DNA from: Polyangiaceae bacterium
GTDB taxonomy: Bacteria > Myxococcota_A > Polyangia > Polyangiales > Polyangiaceae
Assembly: GCA_044222475.1 (NCBI GenBank)
Contig: JBGANF010000056.1
Location: 1-45,501 of the forward strand
Direction of reading: 5' to 3'
DNA: 45,501 bases
This document shows positions 8,106 through 16,201 of the stretch, piece by piece. A program made the translations under genes and the position numbers. The stretch's first letter is position 1. Each line of letters opens with the position of its first letter. A model generated the notes under the pieces. The model was not told the origin of the DNA. It ran no database searches and saw only the letters and a program-made list of their open reading frames with translations.

Positions 8106-9278
8106 ATGGCGTTCGCGAACACCCACCTGAGCTTCTCGCGCCTGCAACGGTTCGAGCAGTGTCGGCTCTCATTCAAGCTGCACTACATCGACAAGCGGAA
8201 GGCCGAGCCCGGCGTGCCGCTCCGCTTCGGCAAGGCGGTGCACGCCGTGCTCGAGGCCCTCGTTCGCGAGGCGATCGCCATGCGTACGACCGGTCCCCTC
8301 TCCGAGGCTCGCGTCGTCGAGCTGTGGGGGCAGGCATGGGCGCAGGCGGACCTCGTCGGCGTCGATCTGTTCGCCGAAGGCCTCGCGATGCTCAAGCAGT
8401 TCGTCCGCGACGAGAACGTCCTCGAGCCGACGACGGTGCTCGCCATCGAGAAGGAGTTCCGGCTCCAGATCGGCGGCTTCACCGTGCTCGGCTTCATGGA
8501 CCGCGTGAACTGGCTCGACGATGAGACGCTGGAGATCGTCGACTACAAGACGAACCACCAGCTGTTCACGCGCGACGAGGTCGACGCGAGCCTGCAGATG
8601 AGCCTCTACGAGCTCGCCGCGCGCCAGCTCTGGCCGTGGGTCAAGAACGTGCGCCTCACGTTCTGGATGCTCCGCCACGGCATCAAGCAGACGACGTCGC
8701 GCAGCGCCGAGGACCTCGAGGCCGCAACGGCCTACGTCGCGACCCTCGGCCGGCAGACGGAGACTGCGACGGCGTTCCCGGCGCGCCTGCACTCGGGCTG
8801 CACCTACTGCGACCACCGGTCGGCGTGTCCGGCATACGCCGAGGTCCTCGATGGCTCGCAGGAGATCGTCCACGACGATCTCGCGAGCATCGAGGAGGTC
8901 GCCGCCGAGCGCGAACGAGTCGCCACGCGTGTCCGGATCCTCCAGGCGCACAAGACCGAGCTCGAGAAGGCGATCAAGGCGCACCTGAAGGACCGTTCCG
9001 AAGTCGTCGCCGGCGGCGTGCGGTACGCGATGTTCAACGTCACGTCCGTGAACCATCCTCTCGCGAGCACCGTCCGCATCCTGTCGGAGGCGACAGACCG
9101 CGCGCCCGACGAGATCACGCAGGAGATCGCCGTCGTCGACAATGACGCCCTGAAGCGCCTCATGGCGAGCCTCGGCTCGTCGCTCCCGAAGCCTCGGCTC
9201 GCGCTCGTCCGCGCCGAGCTCGAGGCCAATGCCGAGAAGACCTTCTCGCCGCGCTTCTGGGCGAAGGAGGTCGCATGA
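8106..9278 (+). CDS. RecB-family PD-(D/E)xK exonuclease (Cas4/AddB-like, probable Fe-S cluster)
   Basis: 'LSFSRL..FEQC', 'FGKAVHAVLE', 'GFMDRV', 'IVDYKT', 'QMSLY', 'CTYCDHRSAC'. ATG at 8106 follows GGAGG. Confidence 0.85.
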   Translation: MAFANTHLSFSRLQRFEQCRLSFKLHYIDKRKAEPGVPLRFGKAVHAVLEALVREAIAMRTTGPLSEARVVELWGQAWAQADLVGVDLFAEGLAMLKQFVRDENVLEPTTVLAIEKEFRLQIGGFTVLGFMDRVNWLDDETLEIVDYKTNHQLFTRDEVDASLQMSLYELAARQLWPWVKNVRLTFWMLRHGIKQTTSRSAEDLEAATAYVATLGRQTETATAFPARLHSGCTYCDHRSACPAYAEVLDGSQEIVHDDLASIEEVAAERERVATRVRILQAHKTELEKAIKAHLKDRSEVVAGGVRYAMFNVTSVNHPLASTVRILSEATDRAPDEITQEIAVVDNDALKRLMASLGSSLPKPRLALVRAELEANAEKTFSPRFWAKEVA

Positions 9279-9553
9279 CGCCGACGACCGAGCGAATCCA
9301 CACGGTCCTCGCGCGCATCGAGACGCTGCTCGTCGAGAAGAACGCTGCCTACGGCGACAGCGCGCTCCATCCGGTCCGAATCTTCTCGCGGGCCGCTCCG
9401 ACGGAGCAGCTGAAGGTCCGCCTCGACGACAAGCTGTGTCGCATCGCGCATGGCCGCGGCGAGGGCGACACCGAGGAAGTCCTCCTCGACCTCGTCGGCT
9501 ACCTAGTCCTCCTGCTCGTCGCACGCGACATCGCGCGTGAGGGGGAGCGATGA
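9275..9553 (+). CDS. DUF1599 / nucleotide-modification-associated (MazG-like helical) protein
   Basis: 'LLVEKNAAYGDS...VRLDDKLCRI...EEVLLDLVGYLVL' signature. Confidence 0.7.
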   Translation: MTPTTERIHTVLARIETLLVEKNAAYGDSALHPVRIFSRAAPTEQLKVRLDDKLCRIAHGRGEGDTEEVLLDLVGYLVLLLVARDIAREGER

Positions 9554-10266
9554 GCGCCGTGAGCTCGAAGATCGCGCGGCTCGCAGCCGACATCGCGCAG
9601 CTCCGCCTGCCGCCGTCAGACATCGCCGACCTCCGGTACTTCTGGAGCGAGTTCGAGGCCGACATCGGCGTCCGGTCGCTGCACTTCGCCCAGTTCGACG
9701 CGATGATGGGCTTCCGAGGCACGTCCGAGGCGTGGTTCGAGCCCCAGGTCGAGCCTCGCGCCTGCGCCGCGCGCCGCCTCGCGGGCCGCGTCTCGGGGAC
9801 CCTCCGCGCGATGGTCACCGGCGGCGACACCTTCGCCGTGACCGTCCTCTTTCGGATGTACGGCCCGCGCCCGCCCGGCGTCCGTTGGGAGACGTTCCGA
9901 GAGTTCGCGCCGATCGCCGCGTACACGCCGACCGTCCTGGCCCACGCCGAACGCATGACGCGCGCGCTCCGGATGAAGCACCTGACGCGAGCCCTCGAGG
10001 CGCTCAGTCCGCTCGAGCCACTCGCGCTCGGGCGCGTGACCGCCGGCGTTCAGGAGCGCGTGACGCCGAGCGAGGCGATTGCCGCCCGCCTCGACGCCCG
10101 ACCGCGGCGGAAGGACGGCATGAGCAACGAGGCGTTCGCGAAGCTTCGGCAGGAAGCGCGCGACGCTCAGGCCGAGTTCGTCCGAGCCGTGACGAAGGAG
10201 GCCGACCAGCTCCTCGTGGCCGCGTCGCACGCCTATCGATCGGCGAAGACGGGAGCACCGCGATGA
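9550..10266 (+). CDS. Hypothetical phage protein
   Basis: Translationally coupled (ATGA) at both ends; GC3-rich codons. Confidence 0.6.
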   Translation: MSAVSSKIARLAADIAQLRLPPSDIADLRYFWSEFEADIGVRSLHFAQFDAMMGFRGTSEAWFEPQVEPRACAARRLAGRVSGTLRAMVTGGDTFAVTVLFRMYGPRPPGVRWETFREFAPIAAYTPTVLAHAERMTRALRMKHLTRALEALSPLEPLALGRVTAGVQERVTPSEAIAARLDARPRRKDGMSNEAFAKLRQEARDAQAEFVRAVTKEADQLLVAASHAYRSAKTGAPR

Positions 10267-10490
10267 CTGCCTCCGCGGAGTTCAGCCTGACCGAGCTCGC
10301 CGCTCTCCTCGGCATCCCCCGCCACGAGCTCGACTACCGCGTGAAGCGCGGTCGGCTCGCCGTGTTCCGCCCCTCGGGCAACCCGCGCGGGAAGAGGAAG
10401 GTGACTCTGGACGCCGTGCGGGACGCGTACCCGGACGTCTATGAGTCGCTGCTGCAGCGGGCTTCGTCCCTTGGCGAGGGCTCGGAGTAG
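10263..10490 (+). CDS. Small HTH DNA-binding protein (excisionase/MerR-like)
   Basis: 75 aa 'FSLTELAALLGIPRHELDYRVKRGRL...RKVTLDAV'; ATG at 10263 overlaps the upstream stop. Confidence 0.65.
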   Translation: MTASAEFSLTELAALLGIPRHELDYRVKRGRLAVFRPSGNPRGKRKVTLDAVRDAYPDVYESLLQRASSLGEGSE

Positions 10491-10563
10491 GAGCCGGCCG
10501 AGCGGCCATCCGAGGCTCAGCCTTGCGCTGTCAGCGTCGCATGGTCACCTTGCAGCACCTCCT

Positions 10564-11472
10564 GTGGCCCACGATCACTCGCACGCCCACGACAGCGCTC
10601 GGCACGAACGCGCCTTCCTCGTGAGCGTCGCATTGAATGTCGCGTTCGTTGTCGCCGAGGTCGTCTTCGGGCTCATGTCACACTCCATGGCGCTCGTTGC
10701 TGACGCCGGCCATAACCTGAGCGACGTTCTAGGGCTCGTCTTCGCGTGGGGAGCGAGCTGGCTTGCTCGCCGAAGGCCGTCGAAGCTCCGAACGTACGGG
10801 TTTCGCCGCGCGACGATTCTCGCCGCGCTCACCAATGGCGCGCTGCTCTTTCTCGCGACGGGCGGCGTGATCTGGGAGTCCGTGCAGCGGCTCTTCCACC
10901 CCCGCGCCGTCGAGGCGAAGACAGTGATCGTGGTCGCCGCTGTCGGCGTCGTCGTCAACGGTGCTTCGGCGCTCTTCTTCAGGCGGGGCGGGGATCGCGA
11001 CCTGAATGTTCGCGGTGCGTTCTTGCACCTCGCGGCCGACGCAGCGGTGTCCCTCGGAGTGGTGATCACGGGCGCGATCCTCCTGTACACGCGCTGGACT
11101 CTCATCGACCCAATCGTGAGCCTCGTGCTTTCGGTGGTGATCGTCGCGAGCGCGTGGCGCCTGCTCCGGAAGTCCGCGAACCTCGCGCTCGACGCCGTCC
11201 CGGAGCACATCGACGTCGACGCCGTACGCGCCTACCTCGACACGCTGCCCGGCGTCCTCGAGGTTCACGATCTCCACATCTGGGCGATGAGCACGACGGA
11301 GAACGCGCTGACAGCGCACCTCGTCATGAACACCGGATCCTGCGAGCCGCGGTTCCTGGGCGATGTCTGCAAGGTCCTTCACGACCGCTTTGGCATCGAG
11401 CACTCCACGTTGCAGGTGGAAGCGCCCGAGGCGCCTGATCCGTGTCGCCAGGCGCCCGAGGGCACGCTCTGA
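10564..11472 (+). CDS. Cation diffusion facilitator (CzcD/ZitB-like Zn/Co/Cd transporter)
   Basis: His-rich N-terminus (HDHSHAH), 'ALVADAGHNLSD', 'TYGFRR', 'NVRGAFLHLAAD', 'VHDLHIW', 'HSTLQVE'. GTG start at 10564 is inferred. Confidence 0.93.
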   Translation: MAHDHSHAHDSARHERAFLVSVALNVAFVVAEVVFGLMSHSMALVADAGHNLSDVLGLVFAWGASWLARRRPSKLRTYGFRRATILAALTNGALLFLATGGVIWESVQRLFHPRAVEAKTVIVVAAVGVVVNGASALFFRRGGDRDLNVRGAFLHLAADAAVSLGVVITGAILLYTRWTLIDPIVSLVLSVVIVASAWRLLRKSANLALDAVPEHIDVDAVRAYLDTLPGVLEVHDLHIWAMSTTENALTAHLVMNTGSCEPRFLGDVCKVLHDRFGIEHSTLQVEAPEAPDPCRQAPEGTL

Positions 11473-11606
11473 CGGGGCGCTCACGCTACGCGACCGAGCC
11501 CGCGCCGGATCGCATCTCGGCACGTTGCTGGGCGGGCTGACGACGGCCTGGCCGAAATTCTGGTCACACCTCGGCATCTCGGGGCCAGTAGGACTAGGAG
11601 GCTTGA

Positions 11607-11789
11607 ATGTTCACGTCGATCCGAACCCACTGGTCGAAGATCTCTACCGGACTTCTGCTCGCCACTGTCCTCGGCATCGGCGGAGTGAAGCTCTACGAAC
11701 GATTTGCGGGTGATTGCTGCCAGCCGGGCGCGTCTTGCTGCCAGCCCGGGGCCTCTTGCTGCCACGGGAAGCACGTCGCACAGCGGTAA
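11607..11789 (+). CDS. Small membrane-anchored Cys-pair repeat peptide (metallothionein-like)
   Basis: AGGAGG RBS; hydrophobic helix followed by DCCQPGASCCQPGASCCHGKH. Confidence 0.75.
   Translation: MFTSIRTHWSKISTGLLLATVLGIGGVKLYERFAGDCCQPGASCCQPGASCCHGKHVAQR
11714..11765 (+). repeat. 21-bp tandem repeat (about 2.5 copies) encoding CCQPGAS
   Basis: TTGCTGCCA recurs at 11714, 11735 and 11756. Confidence 0.85.
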
Positions 11790-11801
11790 GCTTCCGCCAA
11801 C

Positions 11802-12341
11802 GTGCGCGATTCGGCCGAGGACGAGCTTGATGGATGGATGTCGCGCCTCTCTCAGGGAGAGCGGGAGGCGTTCGACCCGCTTTTCCGTGCCCTCTTCCCG
11901 CGTGCACAGCGGATGGCACGACTGAAGCTCCCGGAGGACCAAGCCGCCGATGCAGCACAGGCGATGTTGATGAAAGTGTTTGCGCGAGCCAGCGAGTTCG
12001 AAGCGGGCAAACCGGTTCTGCCCTGGTTCTACGCGATCGCCGCCAACGAGCTGCACACCGTCGTACGAAGGCGAGCCGTTCAACAGCGCCGCGAGGTCGG
12101 AGAGCAGCTCGCCCATGAGCTCCCGACGAATGACGATCCCGAACGCCTCTTGCTCGAGCGCGAGCTCCGCGCTGCGCTCGAGCGCGCCATCACCGGTCTC
12201 GACGACGACGGAGCGGAGGCTATCGGCGCGATGCTGAACGAGGGAGAACGCCCACGTATCGCGGCGTCTGCATTTCGCAAGCGCGTGTCTCGCGCATACG
12301 CACGGCTCAGAGTGCTCCTGGGAGGGCTCGATGCAAAGTGA
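11802..12341 (+). CDS. ECF RNA polymerase sigma factor
   Basis: 'GEREAFDPLF', 'AADAAQAMLMKVF...F..GKPVLPWFYAIAAN', 'AFRKRVSRAYARLR'. Confidence 0.85.
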   Translation: MRDSAEDELDGWMSRLSQGEREAFDPLFRALFPRAQRMARLKLPEDQAADAAQAMLMKVFARASEFEAGKPVLPWFYAIAANELHTVVRRRAVQQRREVGEQLAHELPTNDDPERLLLERELRAALERAITGLDDDGAEAIGAMLNEGERPRIAASAFRKRVSRAYARLRVLLGGLDAK

Positions 12342-12903
12342 GGCCGGTACGACGTATCAAGCGACACGCCGCTCGTACGAGATGGGACGACTCGCGACCT
12401 CGATGCGTCACGCAGCGATGGCAACGGTCCTGGCTGCGACCGTTTCGGTGCTCGCGGTCGGGAAGAGCGCGCTCCTCTGGCTTCCCGCGACCTTCCTCGC
12501 CATCACCTTCACGGAATGGCGGGGTGTGTTCCTGATGAAGGGGGCAAGACGCGGACTGATCGTTGGCATCGCGTCGATGTTGCTCCCGCTCTCGGTCCTG
12601 CGTCCTTGCTGTGGACTCGACGCGAAGGCGATGGGCGAGAGTTGTTGCACGATGCCGTCCGCATGCTGGGCGGCGGGAGCCGCGGTCGGTCTCGCGATGG
12701 CGCTCTTTCTTCCCAAAGCACCGCCGGGTCGAAGAACGCAAGCCGCGGTAGGAATGATCGTCGGCGTCACGTCCATCGCGGTCCTTCGCTGCTCGATGCT
12801 GTTCCTGGGCGAAGCCGTCGGGCTCCTCGGCGGAATTGCTGCCGGGGTCGTGGCCAGCAGCCTCGCCCGAGCCTGTATCGATCGCGTTCGATCGGCGGCC
12901 TGA
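12331..12903 (+). CDS. Multi-pass membrane protein, putative anti-sigma factor with Cys pairs
   Basis: Overlaps the ECF stop; about six hydrophobic segments; loop 'RPCCGLDAKAMGESCCTMPSAC' and 'LRC'. Confidence 0.65.
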   Translation: MQSEAGTTYQATRRSYEMGRLATSMRHAAMATVLAATVSVLAVGKSALLWLPATFLAITFTEWRGVFLMKGARRGLIVGIASMLLPLSVLRPCCGLDAKAMGESCCTMPSACWAAGAAVGLAMALFLPKAPPGRRTQAAVGMIVGVTSIAVLRCSMLFLGEAVGLLGGIAAGVVASSLARACIDRVRSAA

Positions 12904-12967
12904 GGTGGGCTCCACGTCCGAAAGGAGCGGCTTCGCCGCGACGGGTGCGAGATGCTATACGCCCCAC

Positions 12968-14719
12968 ATGCGCCGGGCTCTTTTGGCCGTGATTCTGGCT
13001 GCCGCAGCGTGTAGCGAGTCGGGGAGTGGGTCGCCGACGCCGGGCGATGCCGGGCGCGGCGCTGCTCGACCCCTCTGCGTGGACGGGAAGAGCGTCGACG
13101 GCGATTACCCGAAGACGGAATACGAGCTCCAGATCCTCGGCACGCCTCCCGATCTCTCCTTCGACAGCCCGTCCGGCAAGATCTCGCTGCACGACTACTT
13201 CGAGCCCTGCGCGGCGCAGTCGAGGCTCCTCGTCGTTCGGTCGGGTGCTCCCTGGTGCGGGACCTGCCTCTGGCATCTGAAGCACACGAACGACGTGAAG
13301 AAGCTCGACGTCGGCTCGCGTCTCGTCTGGCTCGATCTCTTGCTCTCGAACCGCGACAACGATCCTCCGACGCTCGACGATCTCGTCCCTTACCGGGCCC
13401 TCATCGACTCTCCCGAGAAGCTCGCGATCGATCCGGAGTTTCAGCTCGTCAAGGCCGATTCGGGGAAGGGTCCGCTTCCCTTCTTCGTGCTCATCGACAC
13501 GAAGACGATGCGGATCGTCAACTACCTCCACGATCCTGAGCCCGAGACCCTCGAGCTCCGGATTCGCCAGGAGCTTGCAGAGCTCGACGGGCTCCCGCGG
13601 CCGCCGTACCCGAGCGTCGAGAAGTTCGACGGGCTCTTCTCACAGAACCACTGGGACTTGATCCACGAGATGATGCTGCCGGGCGTTCCGCCGCCGGACC
13701 CCACGAACGCGAAGGGGGACGACCCAAGCGCGGCAGCGCTCGGCAAGCAACTCTTCGCCGACAAGCGGCTCTCCCCATCGGGCACGGTCTCGTGCGCCTC
13801 GTGCCACGATCCGGCGAAGGAGTTTCAGGACGGCGTCCCGCAGTCGACGGCAGGCGTGGCGACTGTCGATCGGAACTCGCCGGCGATCGCGCTCGCCGCG
13901 CACGCTCGCTGGCAGTTCTGGGACGGGCGAGCGGACACGCTCTGGATGCAGGCACTCGGGCCCTTCGAGAACGCGAAGGAGTTCGCCTCATCGCGCCTCT
14001 TCGTCGCACACGCCGTCGTCGACAACTACGCGAGCGCCTACGCCGCGGTATTCGGCGCTTCGCCGGATCTCTCGAACACGTCGCGTTTCCCTCCGAACGG
14101 GAAGCCGGGTGATGCGAGTTGGCAGGCGATGTCCCCGGCCGATCAAAAGACCGTGACGGATCTCTTCGTGAACGTCGGCAAGGCGATTGCTGCCTTCGAG
14201 CGGTCTCTCCGCGTCAAGCCGAACAAGCTCGACGCGTACATCGCCGGCGACCTGAACGCACTCTCCAAGGAAGAGAAGACAGGGCTCCGCACCTTCTTCG
14301 GCACGGGCTGCCCCCAGTGCCACTGGGGACCGCGCCTCACCGACGACGCGTTCCATCCCGATCGCTATCCGACCGGGCGGCAAGATGGCCAAGCCGATCA
14401 GGGCCGCATCGACGGTGTCACCCAGCTTCTCGCGAACGAGTTCGCGCAGCCGCACCCGGGTCTAAAATCCATGCCTTCGCAGCTTGGTTCGTTCAAGACG
14501 ACGAGCTTGCGCGGAATCGCGGGGAGCGCGCCGTACGGGCACGGCGGTACGACGGCGACGCTGCTCGAGGTTGCTCGGATCTACGGAACTGCGGGCTTGC
14601 CGATGAATGATGCCCGGTCCGTGGGGACAACGGAACTCTGGCTACCTCAGTTCGCACAGATCCATGCGGACGAGCTCGTGCCGTTTCTTCAGGTCCTCAG
14701 CGCCGAGATTGCGCCGTAG
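12968..14719 (+). CDS. Lipoprotein: thioredoxin-like CXXC domain fused to di-haem cytochrome c peroxidase (bCcP/MauG family)
   Basis: Signal peptide MRRALLAVILAAAAC; 'APWCGTC'; 'LGKQLFADKRLS', CASCH, 'RNSP', 'QFWDGRA', CPQCH, 'FKTTSLR...APYGHGG'. Confidence 0.85.
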   Translation: MRRALLAVILAAAACSESGSGSPTPGDAGRGAARPLCVDGKSVDGDYPKTEYELQILGTPPDLSFDSPSGKISLHDYFEPCAAQSRLLVVRSGAPWCGTCLWHLKHTNDVKKLDVGSRLVWLDLLLSNRDNDPPTLDDLVPYRALIDSPEKLAIDPEFQLVKADSGKGPLPFFVLIDTKTMRIVNYLHDPEPETLELRIRQELAELDGLPRPPYPSVEKFDGLFSQNHWDLIHEMMLPGVPPPDPTNAKGDDPSAAALGKQLFADKRLSPSGTVSCASCHDPAKEFQDGVPQSTAGVATVDRNSPAIALAAHARWQFWDGRADTLWMQALGPFENAKEFASSRLFVAHAVVDNYASAYAAVFGASPDLSNTSRFPPNGKPGDASWQAMSPADQKTVTDLFVNVGKAIAAFERSLRVKPNKLDAYIAGDLNALSKEEKTGLRTFFGTGCPQCHWGPRLTDDAFHPDRYPTGRQDGQADQGRIDGVTQLLANEFAQPHPGLKSMPSQLGSFKTTSLRGIAGSAPYGHGGTTATLLEVARIYGTAGLPMNDARSVGTTELWLPQFAQIHADELVPFLQVLSAEIAP

Positions 14720-14873
14720 GTAGCTACCGCGCCCCGATTCCAAGCGAGGCGATCAGGTGCGCGCTACGGGTGGACCCACGAGAAACCGAGCACGCCGCGT
14801 TCTCCATCGAGAGCCGACCGTCAGCCGCGGGCCAGAAATTGGAGGTTGTTCCTCGCCTTGCGCCAGCCGCGCG

Positions 14874-15155
14874 TCAGGGACAGACAGGTCCGGGCCGGCA
14901 GCTCGGGAAGTGACCATGCGCGTCGACGCAGCACACCTCGGTCGCCGAGCATGACGGTGTACAGGTCGCGGCGTCCGACGTAGCGGGAACGTCTGCGGAA
15001 GCGTCCACGGGCTCCTCTGCTGCTGGCAGGGATGCATCCGCTGGGCTCTCTCCGGCGTCCGCGTCATGGAGGTGATCGTCCGAACTCGCGCTGCACGCGG
15101 CGACGCCTCCGATGACGGTCACCACGGCCGCTGCGTGAGAAAGGCTCCTTGTCAT
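14874..15155 (-). CDS. His/Cys-rich small lipoprotein
   Basis: MTRSLSHAAAVVTVIGGVAAC lipobox, HLH, acidic linker, C-terminal CTPSCSATEVCCVDAHGHFPSCRPGPVCP. Confidence 0.6.
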   Translation of the reverse strand: MTRSLSHAAAVVTVIGGVAACSASSDDHLHDADAGESPADASLPAAEEPVDASADVPATSDAATCTPSCSATEVCCVDAHGHFPSCRPGPVCP

Positions 15156-15185
15156 GAGAAGTCGCTCTGCAACTCGACTGCCAGG

Positions 15186-15356
15186 ACCTGGCACGGGAAG
15201 ACGGCGGTGCGCGAGATCGTGAAGCGCAAGTTCTGCGAGCACGTGCAGATCCTGCCCGACGTAGGGCGAGTGCGGAAATCCGACGCCAAAAAAAAGAGAG
15301 CGCCCCGAATCGCGAAACCGAGCAGAACCGAGCGAGGTTTCGTCCAATACATATAG
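15186..15356 (+). pseudogene. Orphan 3' fragment of a gene, probably cut by insertion of the metal cassette
   Basis: GC3-rich codon run (TWHGKTAVREIVKRKFCEHVQILPD...) ending at TAG 15354-15356, with no credible start or RBS; upstream sequence belongs to the divergent lipoprotein gene. Confidence 0.4.
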
Positions 15357-15425
15357 GGGGGCAGAGAATCGGAGCAGCGCGACGCCCTCGCGGGAGCGCG
15401 CCGTGAGCTCCCTCTCCCCGCCGAC

Positions 15426-16115
15426 CTACTTCAGGATCCGCGCGACCTGCTGCGGATGCCACGGCCGCCCTGAACGCGTCGCGATGCCGAGCGCGTCGAG
15501 CGCCTTCGCGATGCGGGTCACGGCGTGACCCTCCGCGCGCAGCGCCTTCACGCGCGAGATCACCGACTGCTCGAACCCGTCCTCGACGAGATGACGCCCG
15601 TCCTCCGCCAGCGCGAGCCCGTACGGGATCTTCCCGCTCCGCTCGCCCTTCGCGCGCTTCACCGCCATCGCTGCGCGCGTGCGGGCGCGAATCAGCTCGC
15701 GCTCGTAGGCGGCCGCCGCGTCGAGGATCGCGCGCAGGAACGCGTCGGCGGCGCCGTCGCCGTTCCCGACGCCGTCCGCGCTCACGATCCGGGCCCCGAA
15801 TTCTTTGACGGCGCGCTCGATGAGGGCACTGACGGCGACGTCGCGCGCGAGTCGGTCCCGCTTGGCGACGACGAGCGTCCCGGCTCCATGGGCTCGGAGC
15901 GAGGTCATCGCGGCGATGAGGCCGCGCCGCTCTTCGAGCTCGCTCCCACCGCTCACCCCAAGGTCTTCGTGCCAGGCGACGATCTGCAGGCCAGCGGCGC
16001 GAGCCCACGCCTCGATCGCCGCGCGCTGCGCCTCGGGGCCGATCTTCTGCTCGTCGGTGGACACGCGAACGTAGGCGACGACGACGTTCGGATCCCCGGT
16101 CTTGCCTCTGCGCAT
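15426..16115 (-). CDS. Serine recombinase (resolvase catalytic domain plus short C-terminal recombinase/DNA-binding domain)
   Basis: 'VAYVRVSTDEQ', 'EDLGVSG', 'LVVAKRDRLARD', 'YERELIRART', 'IPYG', 'GRPWHPQQVARIL'. ATG at 16115 is the likely start. Confidence 0.9.
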   Translation of the reverse strand: MRRGKTGDPNVVVAYVRVSTDEQKIGPEAQRAAIEAWARAAGLQIVAWHEDLGVSGGSELEERRGLIAAMTSLRAHGAGTLVVAKRDRLARDVAVSALIERAVKEFGARIVSADGVGNGDGAADAFLRAILDAAAAYERELIRARTRAAMAVKRAKGERSGKIPYGLALAEDGRHLVEDGFEQSVISRVKALRAEGHAVTRIAKALDALGIATRSGRPWHPQQVARILK

Positions 16116-16150
16116 GTGTCGACATTCGCTCTTGTTCAGGTGCTCGGCCA

Positions 16151-16174
16151 ATCACATCGGGAACCCAATGTGAT
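16151..16174. promoter_or_regulatory. Imperfect palindrome upstream of the recombinase (res/crossover site candidate)
   Basis: ATCACAT-C-GGG-AA-CCC-A-ATGTGAT with a central AA dinucleotide, between the divergent recombinase and methylase genes. Confidence 0.4.
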
Positions 16175-16201
16175 CGACCGCGGACATTCCAGGGACGCCG
16201 G

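Noticed and set aside
8106..9278. Cas4-like nuclease as evidence of a CRISPR-Cas locus
   Set aside because: No cas1/cas2 and no repeat-spacer array; stand-alone RecB-type nucleases are common in phage replication modules.
15426..16115. Recombinase as IS607 transposase or as the prophage integrase
   Set aside because: No N-terminal MerR-like HTH or tnpB partner; too short for a large serine integrase, and located internally.
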